A stretch of DNA of 64,000 bases from the IMG/VR virus record IMGVR_UViG_3300032267_000592, positions 1 to 64,000 of that record. One strand, given 5' to 3'. Of this stretch, positions 28,341 to 37,234 are shown piece by piece (position 1 is the first letter of the stretch; each line of letters opens with the position of its first letter). This DNA comes from a virus. Made by a program: the position numbers and the translations under genes. The notes under the pieces are model-generated. The model did not search any database, had not been told where the DNA came from, and was given only the letters and a program-made list of their open reading frames with translations.

Positions 28341-29705
28341 ATGGTAAAATTAATAGCATTTGATTTAGATGGAGTATTAGTTGAAGCTAAACATATACAT
28401 TTTGAAGCTTTAAATATAGCTTTATCTGAAGTTGGAAACGAGTACGTTATAACAGAACAAGAACATTTAGGATTGTTTGATGGACTTAAAACTAATCAAA
28501 AATTAAATATATTATCAAGTAATAAAAAACTACCAAGAGAAAAACATACTCAAATATGGAATAGAAAACAACAAATAACTTTAGAAAAAATTTTAAATTT
28601 AAAAATAAATGAAGAATTAGTTTATTTGTTTAAAAAATTAAAAGAAAAAAATTTTTTAATAGCTTGCTGTTCAAATTCAATTAGAAAATCTGTTTTTGTA
28701 ATGCTTTCAAAAATAGGAATAATTGAGTATTTTGATTTGATATTATCAAATGAAGATGTTAAAAATTCCAAACCACATCCAGAAATATATTGGAGAGCAA
28801 TGTCGGAATTATCAGTTTTACCGGAAGAGACATTAATAGTTGAAGATTCACCTCACGGTCTTTTATCTGCTTATAGATCAAAAGCTAATATATTAAGAAT
28901 TAAAAATCCAAAAGATCTAACATTTGACAAAATAATTAAAATGACTTATAATAATGAAAATTTAAATATGAATATAAAATGGCAAGATGATAAATTAAAT
29001 GTATTAATACCTATGGCTGGAGCTGGTAGTAGGTTTGAAAAAGCAGGATATACATTCCCCAAACCTTTAATTGAAGTTAGAGGTAAACCTATGATTCAAG
29101 TTGTAACGGATTGTTTGAGTATCGATGCTAATTATATATACATAGTACAAAAATCTCATAGAGAAAAATATAATTTAGATGCATTACTTAATTTAATAAC
29201 TCCAAATTGTAAAATTGTAGAAGTTAATGAATTAACGGAGGGAGCAGCATGTACTACACTTTTAGCGAAAGAATTTATAAATAATGATCAACCTCTTATC
29301 ATTGCTAATTCCGATCAATATTTAGATTGGAATTCTAGCGAATTTATGTATAAAATGCAAGAACAAGATGTTGACGCGGGAATTCTTACATTTGAATCTA
29401 CGCATCCTAAATGGTCTTACGCAAAAGTGAATGAAAATGGATACGTAACAGAAGTAGCAGAAAAAAATCCAATTTCTAATATAGCTACAGTAGGTGTTTA
29501 TTATTGGAAATGTGGAGAAGATTATGTTAAGTATGCAGAAAAAATGATAAATGAAAATATAAGAGTTAATAATGAATTTTATGTCTGTCCGGTATTCAAT
29601 CAAGCAATACAAGATAATAAAAAAATTAAAACATTTAATATAGAAAAAATGTGGGGGATTGGTACACCAGAAGATCTTGATTATTTTTTAAAAAATCATA
29701 AATGA
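28341..29705 (+). CDS. Fusion of a HAD-family phosphatase and a sugar-phosphate nucleotidyltransferase (BcbE-like)
   Basis: N-terminal HAD motifs FDLDGVL, CSNS, KPHPEIY and VEDSPHG. C-terminal motifs LIPMAGAGSRF..AGY..PKPLI, TEGAACT, IANSDQ, EKNPIS, NNEFYVCPVFN and GIGTPEDL. Confidence 0.88.
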   Translation: MVKLIAFDLDGVLVEAKHIHFEALNIALSEVGNEYVITEQEHLGLFDGLKTNQKLNILSSNKKLPREKHTQIWNRKQQITLEKILNLKINEELVYLFKKLKEKNFLIACCSNSIRKSVFVMLSKIGIIEYFDLILSNEDVKNSKPHPEIYWRAMSELSVLPEETLIVEDSPHGLLSAYRSKANILRIKNPKDLTFDKIIKMTYNNENLNMNIKWQDDKLNVLIPMAGAGSRFEKAGYTFPKPLIEVRGKPMIQVVTDCLSIDANYIYIVQKSHREKYNLDALLNLITPNCKIVEVNELTEGAACTTLLAKEFINNDQPLIIANSDQYLDWNSSEFMYKMQEQDVDAGILTFESTHPKWSYAKVNENGYVTEVAEKNPISNIATVGVYYWKCGEDYVKYAEKMINENIRVNNEFYVCPVFNQAIQDNKKIKTFNIEKMWGIGTPEDLDYFLKNHK

Positions 29706-30118
29706 TTATTATTTCTCATAGAGGAAACACTAAAGGATCAGATATTTCTATCGAAAACAATCCCAATCACATTAAAAATTTAATATATTCTAATATTTAT
29801 ACTGAAGTTGATGTTTGGTTTATTGATGAAAAATTTTATTTGGGACATGACGCCCCACAATACGAGATCGATTTAAATTTTTTAAAAAATAATTTACTTT
29901 GGTGTCATGCAAAAAATTTAAACGCACTTAAACAACTACTAGAACAAAGAATTGTTTGTTTTTGGCATCAGAACGATGATTTTACTTTAACTTCTAATAA
30001 TTACATTTGGACTTATCCAGATAAACCCATCAACTACTCATCAATTATAGTAGACACTACTCCAAGCTGGCGTAATAAAAATTACAATTGTTATGGTGTG
30101 TGTGTTGATTATTTGTAA
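29702..30118 (+). CDS. Small PLC/glycerophosphodiester phosphodiesterase-like protein
   Basis: Motifs IISHRGN, EN, EVDVW, LGHD, WCHAKN, FWHQ.DD.TLTS and GVCVDY. It overlaps the nucleotidyltransferase gene (ATGA). Confidence 0.7.
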   Translation: MIIISHRGNTKGSDISIENNPNHIKNLIYSNIYTEVDVWFIDEKFYLGHDAPQYEIDLNFLKNNLLWCHAKNLNALKQLLEQRIVCFWHQNDDFTLTSNNYIWTYPDKPINYSSIIVDTTPSWRNKNYNCYGVCVDYL

Positions 30119-30140
30119 AATTATATCATAATCGTAAAAC

Positions 30141-30890
30141 ATGAAAGTAGCTGTGTGTTTATTTGGTTATCCGAGGCATTATGAATTGGGTTTTAAATGT
30201 CATAAAAATTTTTTAGAATCAATTGATTATGATTTTTTTATACATTCATGGTGTGAAGAAAGTTCAACGCAAAATCACATTGAAAAATTGTACAATAATA
30301 TAAACGATTTATATCGTCCTAAAAAACTAGAAATAGAAAAACAAAAAAATTTTTCAAATTTTTTTGAAAATGATTCAAATTTTAATAAAAAAAATAATAT
30401 AGATACAGAGTCCATTCATCGATATATTTCTCCAATATACTCGATGTATAAAGTTGGAAATTTACTCGAAGAATATTTATGTGAATATGATGTTGTAATT
30501 GTCACAAGAACTGATGTTTTTTGTAATGAAAAATTAAAAAATTTTAATATATACGATTTAAACTGTATATATTCATCATATTGTGAAGGGCACAGGTGGG
30601 ATATGAGTTTAAATGATGGAATCATTGATGTTAAAATGTTGCTTTCAAATCCAAAAAATATATTGTTTTTAACTAAATTATATGAAAATTTAAAAGAATA
30701 TAATATTAATAATGAAGTACGATTGTGCCACCATGAGGTATTTGCACATCATCTTAAAAAATTAAATTGTAGTTTTGATATGATTTTTAATGGTGTATCG
30801 AATGTGTGGTGGATATTAAGGAACAACAATGTATTATATGGAAATTTAGGAAACTCAAATATGTGCCATTATCCACACATTTTTCAATAA
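30141..30890 (+). CDS. MK(I/V)AxCxxGxPR family putative transferase, paralogue 3
   Basis: Motifs MKVAVCLFGYPR, DFFIHSW, LYRP, SPIYS and YDVVIVTRTD. Confidence 0.6.
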   Translation: MKVAVCLFGYPRHYELGFKCHKNFLESIDYDFFIHSWCEESSTQNHIEKLYNNINDLYRPKKLEIEKQKNFSNFFENDSNFNKKNNIDTESIHRYISPIYSMYKVGNLLEEYLCEYDVVIVTRTDVFCNEKLKNFNIYDLNCIYSSYCEGHRWDMSLNDGIIDVKMLLSNPKNILFLTKLYENLKEYNINNEVRLCHHEVFAHHLKKLNCSFDMIFNGVSNVWWILRNNNVLYGNLGNSNMCHYPHIFQ

Positions 30891-30906
30891 TTTTGCAGCA
30901 TTTAAC

Positions 30907-30934
30907 TTGTTTTATCACTAATATACTATATCAT
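30907..30934 (+). promoter_or_regulatory. Sigma70-type promoter TTGTTT-16-TATCAT for gp46
   Basis: It ends 7 nt before ATG 30942. Confidence 0.45.
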
Positions 30935-30941
30935 TTCTAAT

Positions 30942-32738
30942 ATGAAAAAAGTAAATTTTATTTCAGTAAAAATCAAAAATTTTTTATCAATTGGAAAAGA
31001 TCCTATTGAACTTTTTTTTCAAAAAGGAATTACGTTAATTACAGGAGAAAATAAAGATAAAGGGGGTAAGAACGGAATAGGTAAAAGTGCCATAAATGAT
31101 GCAATCTATTGGTGTTTATTTGGAAATACTTTGCGAGAATTAAAAAAAGACAAAATAATTCACAATAAAAGCAAGTCTGATTGTGTTGTAGAGTTAAATT
31201 TTTCAGTTGAAACGCAAAATGAAATTAAAAACTATAATTTAATTCGTCATTTAGACCCAGCTAAGATAATTTTAACATGTAATGGTGAAGATATTACACT
31301 ATCCACAATTCCAAATACGGATGATCTCATAAAACAGATAATAAGTGCAAATGAAGAAGTATTTCAAAATGTGATTATAATGTCTGCCAACAACACCGTG
31401 CCATTTATGGCGCAGAAAAAGATTGATAAAAGAAAATTTATCGAGGGTATTCTACAACTTAACATTTTTAGTGAAATGTTAATGAAAATACGAGCAGATT
31501 ATAACGAAACAAAAAAAGAAAACGATTTAAAAAGTGTTAATTTTATTAATGAACAAAAGATTTTAAGCATTTTACAAGATAATAAGAACAATTTTAATGA
31601 GAGTAAGGAAAATAGAATAAATTTAATTAAAAATAAAATTGAATTAAATTTAAAAGAAATACAAACGCTTAAAGACAAAGATATCGCTGATACTAAAACT
31701 GCCAAATCCGAATTAGAGTGTTATAGAAATAAAGAAAACGATTTAAACAAATTACAGTCGGAAATAAACCAAGAAATAGTGGATTTGACATCGAGTAAAA
31801 AAGAATTTGAAATGAACGCAAGACAAAAAGATTACGAAAAAGATATTCTTTTAAAAAAAGGTACGAAATGTCCAACATGTAATAGAAGTTATTGCACCGA
31901 CGACCTTGAGCATTTAACAAAGAAAATTGAAATTCTTAAAGATGAAATTAAAATACAAAATACAAATCTTTGGAATACTGAACAAAAAATAAAGCAGAAA
32001 AAGGAATTAATTTCAAAACTGTGTAAAAATAAACTCAAAATCCAAAAACTAATAGATGAAACGATTGCTTCAATTCGTGAATCATCATTACATGAAGAAA
32101 AAATAATAAATTTTTTAAATAAAAATAAAGATTGCGAGAAAGATATTGAGAATATTAATTCTGAAATTTTTAAAGACGACAAAAAAATAAAAGACATTCA
32201 AGATAATATAGAAAAATTAAATAAAGATTTAGAACAAATAAAAATTGAATTAAAAGTTTTAGAAACATCAAAATTGATTGTTTCAGAAGACGGAGTTAAA
32301 ACCTTTATTGTTAAAAAAATTATAAATGTTTTAAATAACCGTTTAAGTTATTATTTAAATCGTTTAGATGCGCCGTGTAAATGCGTTTTTGATGAAACAT
32401 TTGAAGAAACTATGTATAACGAACAAGGACAAGAATGTTCGTATCATAATTTCTCCAATGGCGAAAAGAGAAGAATAGATATTGCAATACTCTTTACATT
32501 TCAAGACGTTTTACGCTTACATTCTGGAAATCGTTTTTCTTTTAGTTTCTTTGATGAAACTTTAGATGGTTGTTTAGATAAAAAAGGAACCGATAAAATT
32601 ATTGAGATTTTAAAGGAGAAAGTAGATTCATATGATGAATCCATATATGTCATTTCTCATAAAACAGATACAACTTCTCAAATTGAAAATGTTATATTGT
32701 TAGAAAAAACAAATGGAGCAACTAAAATTGTTACTTAA
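30942..32738 (+). CDS. gp46: Recombination ATPase subunit (gp46, Rad50/SbcC-like)
   Basis: Motifs KNFLSIG, Walker A GKNGIGKS, zinc hook CPTC, signature FSNGEKRR, FFDETLD and ISH. Confidence 0.93.
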   Translation: MKKVNFISVKIKNFLSIGKDPIELFFQKGITLITGENKDKGGKNGIGKSAINDAIYWCLFGNTLRELKKDKIIHNKSKSDCVVELNFSVETQNEIKNYNLIRHLDPAKIILTCNGEDITLSTIPNTDDLIKQIISANEEVFQNVIIMSANNTVPFMAQKKIDKRKFIEGILQLNIFSEMLMKIRADYNETKKENDLKSVNFINEQKILSILQDNKNNFNESKENRINLIKNKIELNLKEIQTLKDKDIADTKTAKSELECYRNKENDLNKLQSEINQEIVDLTSSKKEFEMNARQKDYEKDILLKKGTKCPTCNRSYCTDDLEHLTKKIEILKDEIKIQNTNLWNTEQKIKQKKELISKLCKNKLKIQKLIDETIASIRESSLHEEKIINFLNKNKDCEKDIENINSEIFKDDKKIKDIQDNIEKLNKDLEQIKIELKVLETSKLIVSEDGVKTFIVKKIINVLNNRLSYYLNRLDAPCKCVFDETFEETMYNEQGQECSYHNFSNGEKRRIDIAILFTFQDVLRLHSGNRFSFSFFDETLDGCLDKKGTDKIIEILKEKVDSYDESIYVISHKTDTTSQIENVILLEKTNGATKIVT

Positions 32739-32783
32739 ATTTGATTTTTTTAATAATGATGTTAAATTATATGTGTAATATAT

Positions 32784-34085
32784 ATGGCATTAAAAATTAA
32801 AGAAAATCATGACAATAAAAATCGTATAGTTTTTGAATACAAACCAGTAAAAACGGGGATACCCAATCCACCGCAAGGTATGCCGATAGGTGTACCAACA
32901 TTTAATTATGTTTCTTTAAATGCTGTACATATACCAAGTCCACCACCAATAGAAATGCCAGAAGCGAATCTACCAAGGGCTATAAATTACTTAGCAGATT
33001 ACGGTGGATGTGGATACTGGAGAATGTTGTGGCCCGAATACCTTTTAAACGTTCAACAAAAAGCGTGTATCAGTAGTTTAACTTGTATGGTTCTTGACGG
33101 TAGATTTTATCAAAATATAAAATGTATTAGAATGCAAAGACAAGCAACTCCAACCCAAAATATGTTTATTAAGGAGTTGAGAAAACTTAGTAGTGAATTT
33201 AAATTTAAACTATTGTACGAGGTCGATGATATCGTTTTTAAGAACGATATTCCAGACTATAATAGATGCAAAGATGCATTTGTTTCTCAAGAAATTATAG
33301 ATAGTATTATGGAAATTATGGGTATGATGGATGAAATAACAGTTACTTGTAATTTCATGAAAGAATATTATCAAAATAAAACTGGAAACAAAAAAATAAC
33401 GGTTATTCCAAACTATGCTCCAAAATTTTGGATCGATAGATTCTATAATAGAGCAAAAATCGAAGAATTATATGACAAAAACAAAAAAAGACCAAGAATT
33501 TTATATTCCGGTTCTGGAACACATGTCGATGTTCTAAATAGAACTGGTCTTAATGATGATTTTAAACATATAACCGATGAAATAATCAAGGCTCGTAAAA
33601 AATTCAAATTTGTATGGAAAGGATGCTATCCTTTAGTGTTAAAACCATATATTGATAACGGAGAAATGGAACATCTCGGATGGTCATCATTACAAGACTA
33701 CCCTCAAGATTTATTTAACACAAATTGTAATGCTGTTTTTGCATCATTACAGGATAATACATTTAATAAATCAAAATCTAACATCAAAATGATTGAATCT
33801 GGTGCATTGGGTATACCGGGAGCATTCCAAGATATGTGTACATATGAAAGTGCAGATGTTAAATTTAAATCTGGAAATGATTTAATAAATCAACTGGAAC
33901 ATATAACATCAGACTTTGATAGATATATGGATTATTCGGATAAGTCTAGAAAATACGTCGAAACTATGTGGTTAGAGGATCATTTACAAGAGTATGAAGC
34001 TCTTTACACAACCGATTGGGGTTCTAAAGAAAGAAATGAGATGTGTCCGGAAATCATTAGGTTGAATCCAGATCAAAAAATTTAA
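32784..34085 (+). CDS. GT-B fold glycosyltransferase-like protein upstream of the DNA polymerase
   Basis: Motifs ADYGGCGYWRM, MQRQ, YEVDD, ITVT, VIPN, YSGSGTH and FNKSKSNIKMIESGALGIP. It has its own promoter, TTGATT-16-TAAATT, at 32741-32768. Confidence 0.75.
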   Translation: MALKIKENHDNKNRIVFEYKPVKTGIPNPPQGMPIGVPTFNYVSLNAVHIPSPPPIEMPEANLPRAINYLADYGGCGYWRMLWPEYLLNVQQKACISSLTCMVLDGRFYQNIKCIRMQRQATPTQNMFIKELRKLSSEFKFKLLYEVDDIVFKNDIPDYNRCKDAFVSQEIIDSIMEIMGMMDEITVTCNFMKEYYQNKTGNKKITVIPNYAPKFWIDRFYNRAKIEELYDKNKKRPRILYSGSGTHVDVLNRTGLNDDFKHITDEIIKARKKFKFVWKGCYPLVLKPYIDNGEMEHLGWSSLQDYPQDLFNTNCNAVFASLQDNTFNKSKSNIKMIESGALGIPGAFQDMCTYESADVKFKSGNDLINQLEHITSDFDRYMDYSDKSRKYVETMWLEDHLQEYEALYTTDWGSKERNEMCPEIIRLNPDQKI

Positions 34086-34090
34086 AATAA

Positions 34091-34119
34091 TTGACCAATA
34101 TGGAATATTGTGATAATAT
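34091..34119 (+). promoter_or_regulatory. Sigma70-type promoter TTGACC-17-TAATAT for the DNA polymerase
   Basis: The -10 element ends 6 nt before ATG 34126. Confidence 0.55.
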
Positions 34120-34125
34120 TTCAAT

Positions 34126-36702
34126 ATGGCATATCGCAATATTTTTTATGATTATAAAAACTCTACAATCCATTTATGGACGTGGGATCAATTTGGTCAA
34201 AGACTTAAACTAGAAACATCGTTTGAGCCTTTTCTTTATGTGGAAGAAAATAAAGCAACCGATGCTGTATCTATTTTCAATACATCTCTTAAAAAATTAA
34301 AGTTTAATAATAATTTTGATCGGATGCGTTTCGTAAAAGATACGCCGTTAAAGCGTTTATTTTATAATTTAAACGTAGAACAGCAATTTTTATTGGAGAC
34401 ATATAAAAATGAGGTGGACAAACCAGATTTTGGTACACAAAATCTTAAAATATTTTACTTGGATATTGAAACATATGCAACTGATAAGTTTTCTACACCA
34501 GAAGAGGCATCAGATCCAATTAATCTCATAACTATATATGATTCTTTGTCCGAACGATTCTATACATGGGGCTGTGGTAATTATTCCACATTAGATGAAA
34601 GCGTTACATATATAAAATGCAAAAACGAAGAAGATTTGCTTAAAAGTTTTGTAAAATTCTGGAGAAAAGATCCACCAGATCTCGTCACTGGTTGGAATAT
34701 ACATGGATACGATATTCCATATATAATGAACAGATTAACCGTTGTTTTTGATGATCAATATCAAAAAAAACTTTCACCGATTGATAAAATCGAATTTAGA
34801 GAAAAATTTTCTGTAAATAAACTGGGTCGTCAGATTGATAGATGGTTTATCAAGGGAGTTAGCATTATTGATTATATGGAATTATATGAATCTCTTTGCG
34901 GTGGTAAAAGAGAGTCAATGTCTTTGAATTATATTGCGGAATATGAGCTTGAAGAATCAAAAATAGCAATTACCACAACATCATTATCAAAATTAGCAGA
35001 TACAGACTGGTTTACGTTTGTAGATTACAACATCCAAGACGTTAGACTGTTGGTTAATCTCGAAAACAAGTTAAAATATTTAAAATTAGTCAGAAATCTT
35101 GCGTATCGTGGATTTATTCCTCTTGAAAAGTCTATGGGAAAGGTTGCAATGATCACTGGTGCAGTTGCAAGACAAGCATTGATTGAAAATAAGATCATTC
35201 CGACATTTAATAGTGAAAAAATAAAACAAAATTTTGAAGGTGGTTTTGTTTATGAGCCAATAAAGGGATTATATGAAGATGTGGTCACTTATGACGCAAA
35301 CAGTCTATATCCAAACACAATAATTACATTAAACATTTCACCGGAAACAAAAATAGGAAAGATTTTAAAAAGAGATGAAACGAATGTGTTAGTTCAATTG
35401 ACAACAAACAAAGAAATAACATTAACAAGAGAGAATTTTGAAAAAATAATTCAATCTGAGAAGTTATGTATTACAAAATCTAATGTCTTGTACACTCAAA
35501 AGTTTAAAGGCATAGTTCCAACATTAATTGACAAGTTATACGCAGAAAGAGTCGCCGCTAAGAATAGAACGCTCGACTGTAAAAAGAAATTACAAAAAAC
35601 CAATGATCCCGAAGAAGTAAAACAGTTAACGGAACAAGCAAACGACAATAATACACTGTCTGATGTGTATAAAGTGTTTTTAAATTCTATTTATGGTGCA
35701 TTTTCTAATATATATTCTCCGTTATTTGATATAGATCATGCCGAAAGTGTAACACTATCTGGTCAATCTGTAGTTAAAAAGGCTGCTGATTTGTTTTATG
35801 ACAATGCCATATCCGATGGATTCACTGGAAAATTGGAAGATATCTTAATATATCAAGATACAGATTCTTGTTTCTTTTCTTTCAAGAATATTCTAATTAA
35901 TAAGAACATTAAACTTGTTGAAGATTCTAAAATAACAAAAGACGCTCATAATATCATTGATGAATATGGAAAAATTTTAAATAAAAGAATAAATGAATGG
36001 GCAACTTCCGAGTTTAGATCGATAGATCCTAGATACGTCTTCAAAAGAGAAAAAATATGTGATGTAGCTCTGCTGCAAGCTAAAAAAATGTATATATTAC
36101 ATATTTTAGACAAAGAAGGAACACCATCAAATGATTTTGAATATAAAGGAATGGAAGTAGCCAAAGCTACGCTCTCAAAACAAGTTAAATTGTTGATTAG
36201 AGACGTAATTGAATCCGCTTTAATGTCTAAAGAAAGGAAAATGGCAACAACTATATTCCAAGACGGATATGAAAAATATTGTAAAATGAGTGTTGAAGAA
36301 ATTTCAACAAGAAAAAAAGTAAACAATTACGAAAAATATGAAGATATGATTGACGTGGATGGTAACTTCGGCAAAGCCACTCCGATTCATGTTAAAAGTT
36401 CTATAAATTTTAATGAAGCATTAAAAAAAGTAAAAATAGATAGTAAATATCCAATAATTACGAGTGGTACAAAAATAAAATTCTTTTATTGTCAAAAAAA
36501 TATATTTGATTATAAGACCATTGGGTTTATTGATTACTATCCAACGGAATTATTGGAGATTGTCAAACCAGATTATCGATTTATGTTTGAAAAGAATGTA
36601 ATTCCCGTCATTTCTTCAATATTTCAAATTGTCGGGTGGCCAATACCAGCAATTGGTTGTGAAGAAGTTACAGATTTAATCAAATTATTTTCAAAAAAAT
36701 AA
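34126..36702 (+). CDS. gp43: Family B DNA polymerase (T4 gp43-like)
   Basis: Exonuclease motifs LDIET, GWNIHGYDIPY and YNIQD. Polymerase motifs DANSLYP, KVFLNSIYG, YQDTDS and KKMY. No intein is present. Confidence 0.95.
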   Translation: MAYRNIFYDYKNSTIHLWTWDQFGQRLKLETSFEPFLYVEENKATDAVSIFNTSLKKLKFNNNFDRMRFVKDTPLKRLFYNLNVEQQFLLETYKNEVDKPDFGTQNLKIFYLDIETYATDKFSTPEEASDPINLITIYDSLSERFYTWGCGNYSTLDESVTYIKCKNEEDLLKSFVKFWRKDPPDLVTGWNIHGYDIPYIMNRLTVVFDDQYQKKLSPIDKIEFREKFSVNKLGRQIDRWFIKGVSIIDYMELYESLCGGKRESMSLNYIAEYELEESKIAITTTSLSKLADTDWFTFVDYNIQDVRLLVNLENKLKYLKLVRNLAYRGFIPLEKSMGKVAMITGAVARQALIENKIIPTFNSEKIKQNFEGGFVYEPIKGLYEDVVTYDANSLYPNTIITLNISPETKIGKILKRDETNVLVQLTTNKEITLTRENFEKIIQSEKLCITKSNVLYTQKFKGIVPTLIDKLYAERVAAKNRTLDCKKKLQKTNDPEEVKQLTEQANDNNTLSDVYKVFLNSIYGAFSNIYSPLFDIDHAESVTLSGQSVVKKAADLFYDNAISDGFTGKLEDILIYQDTDSCFFSFKNILINKNIKLVEDSKITKDAHNIIDEYGKILNKRINEWATSEFRSIDPRYVFKREKICDVALLQAKKMYILHILDKEGTPSNDFEYKGMEVAKATLSKQVKLLIRDVIESALMSKERKMATTIFQDGYEKYCKMSVEEISTRKKVNNYEKYEDMIDVDGNFGKATPIHVKSSINFNEALKKVKIDSKYPIITSGTKIKFFYCQKNIFDYKTIGFIDYYPTELLEIVKPDYRFMFEKNVIPVISSIFQIVGWPIPAIGCEEVTDLIKLFSKK

Positions 36703-36747
36703 AAAAACATATTGAAAATAAAATATTTTATATTAAATTAATAATGT

Positions 36748-37146
36748 ATGAGTGATACAACAACAACAACAACAAAAACAACAAAATTAATAACATTCCT
36801 AGATACAATCGGTAGAACTATCTTAGGCGAAGTAACAACATCAAGCGATGAAACTGAATTGGGTGTAAAAAATCCAGTCATTTTACAAGTAATACAAACG
36901 GATCAGTCTGGTCGTATGTCAGTTCAACTATTACCAATCTTTTTCAGAGAGTTTTTATCCGATAAAACGGGTGATTATGTTTTTCATTTTAAGAAAAATA
37001 ACATAACAACTTCGCATATTGATGCATTGGACTTTAGATTGCAAGCCCAATACGAGCAAATGTTCAATAAGAACAATGCATTTGTAGCCCCACAGCCGCA
37101 ACAACCGGATAACTCGCAATCTGTGATTAACCTATTCGACGAATAG
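36748..37146 (+). CDS. Conserved hypothetical protein (Sm-like fold suspected)
   Basis: Pattern GRTILGEV...VKNPVIL...LQAQYEQMF. It has a promoter, TTGAAA-16-TAAATT, at 36712-36739. Confidence 0.55.
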   Translation: MSDTTTTTTKTTKLITFLDTIGRTILGEVTTSSDETELGVKNPVILQVIQTDQSGRMSVQLLPIFFREFLSDKTGDYVFHFKKNNITTSHIDALDFRLQAQYEQMFNKNNAFVAPQPQQPDNSQSVINLFDE

Positions 37147-37171
37147 AATAATTGCTAAAAAAACAAACATT

Positions 37172-37202
37172 AAAACCCACACTTAAAGTGTGGGTTTTTT
37201 TT
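37172..37202 (+). terminator. Intrinsic terminator (A tract on the left suggests it is bidirectional)
   Basis: A 12-bp stem, aaaacccacact-taa-agtgtgggtttt, followed by a T run. Confidence 0.85.
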
Positions 37203-37228
37203 GACATTGTAATAATTTTTGATAATAT
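37201..37228 (+). promoter_or_regulatory. Sigma70-type promoter TTGACA-16-TAATAT for uvsX
   Basis: The perfect -35 element overlaps the terminator T tract, and the -10 element ends 6 nt before ATG 37235. Confidence 0.65.
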
Positions 37229-37234
37229 ATTGTC

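Noticed and set aside
15491-30890. Bacterial O-antigen/capsule locus or host contamination
   Set aside because: It is flanked seamlessly by phage gp47 (ATGA overlap) and gp46, shares the same promoter style and AT richness, and lacks wzx/wzy/ABC/priming transferase genes. A chimeric assembly cannot be fully excluded without reads.
36757-36785. (ACA)n microsatellite as a phase-variation switch
   Set aside because: It is a short in-frame triplet run encoding poly-Thr at a flexible N-terminus, so length changes would not shift the frame.
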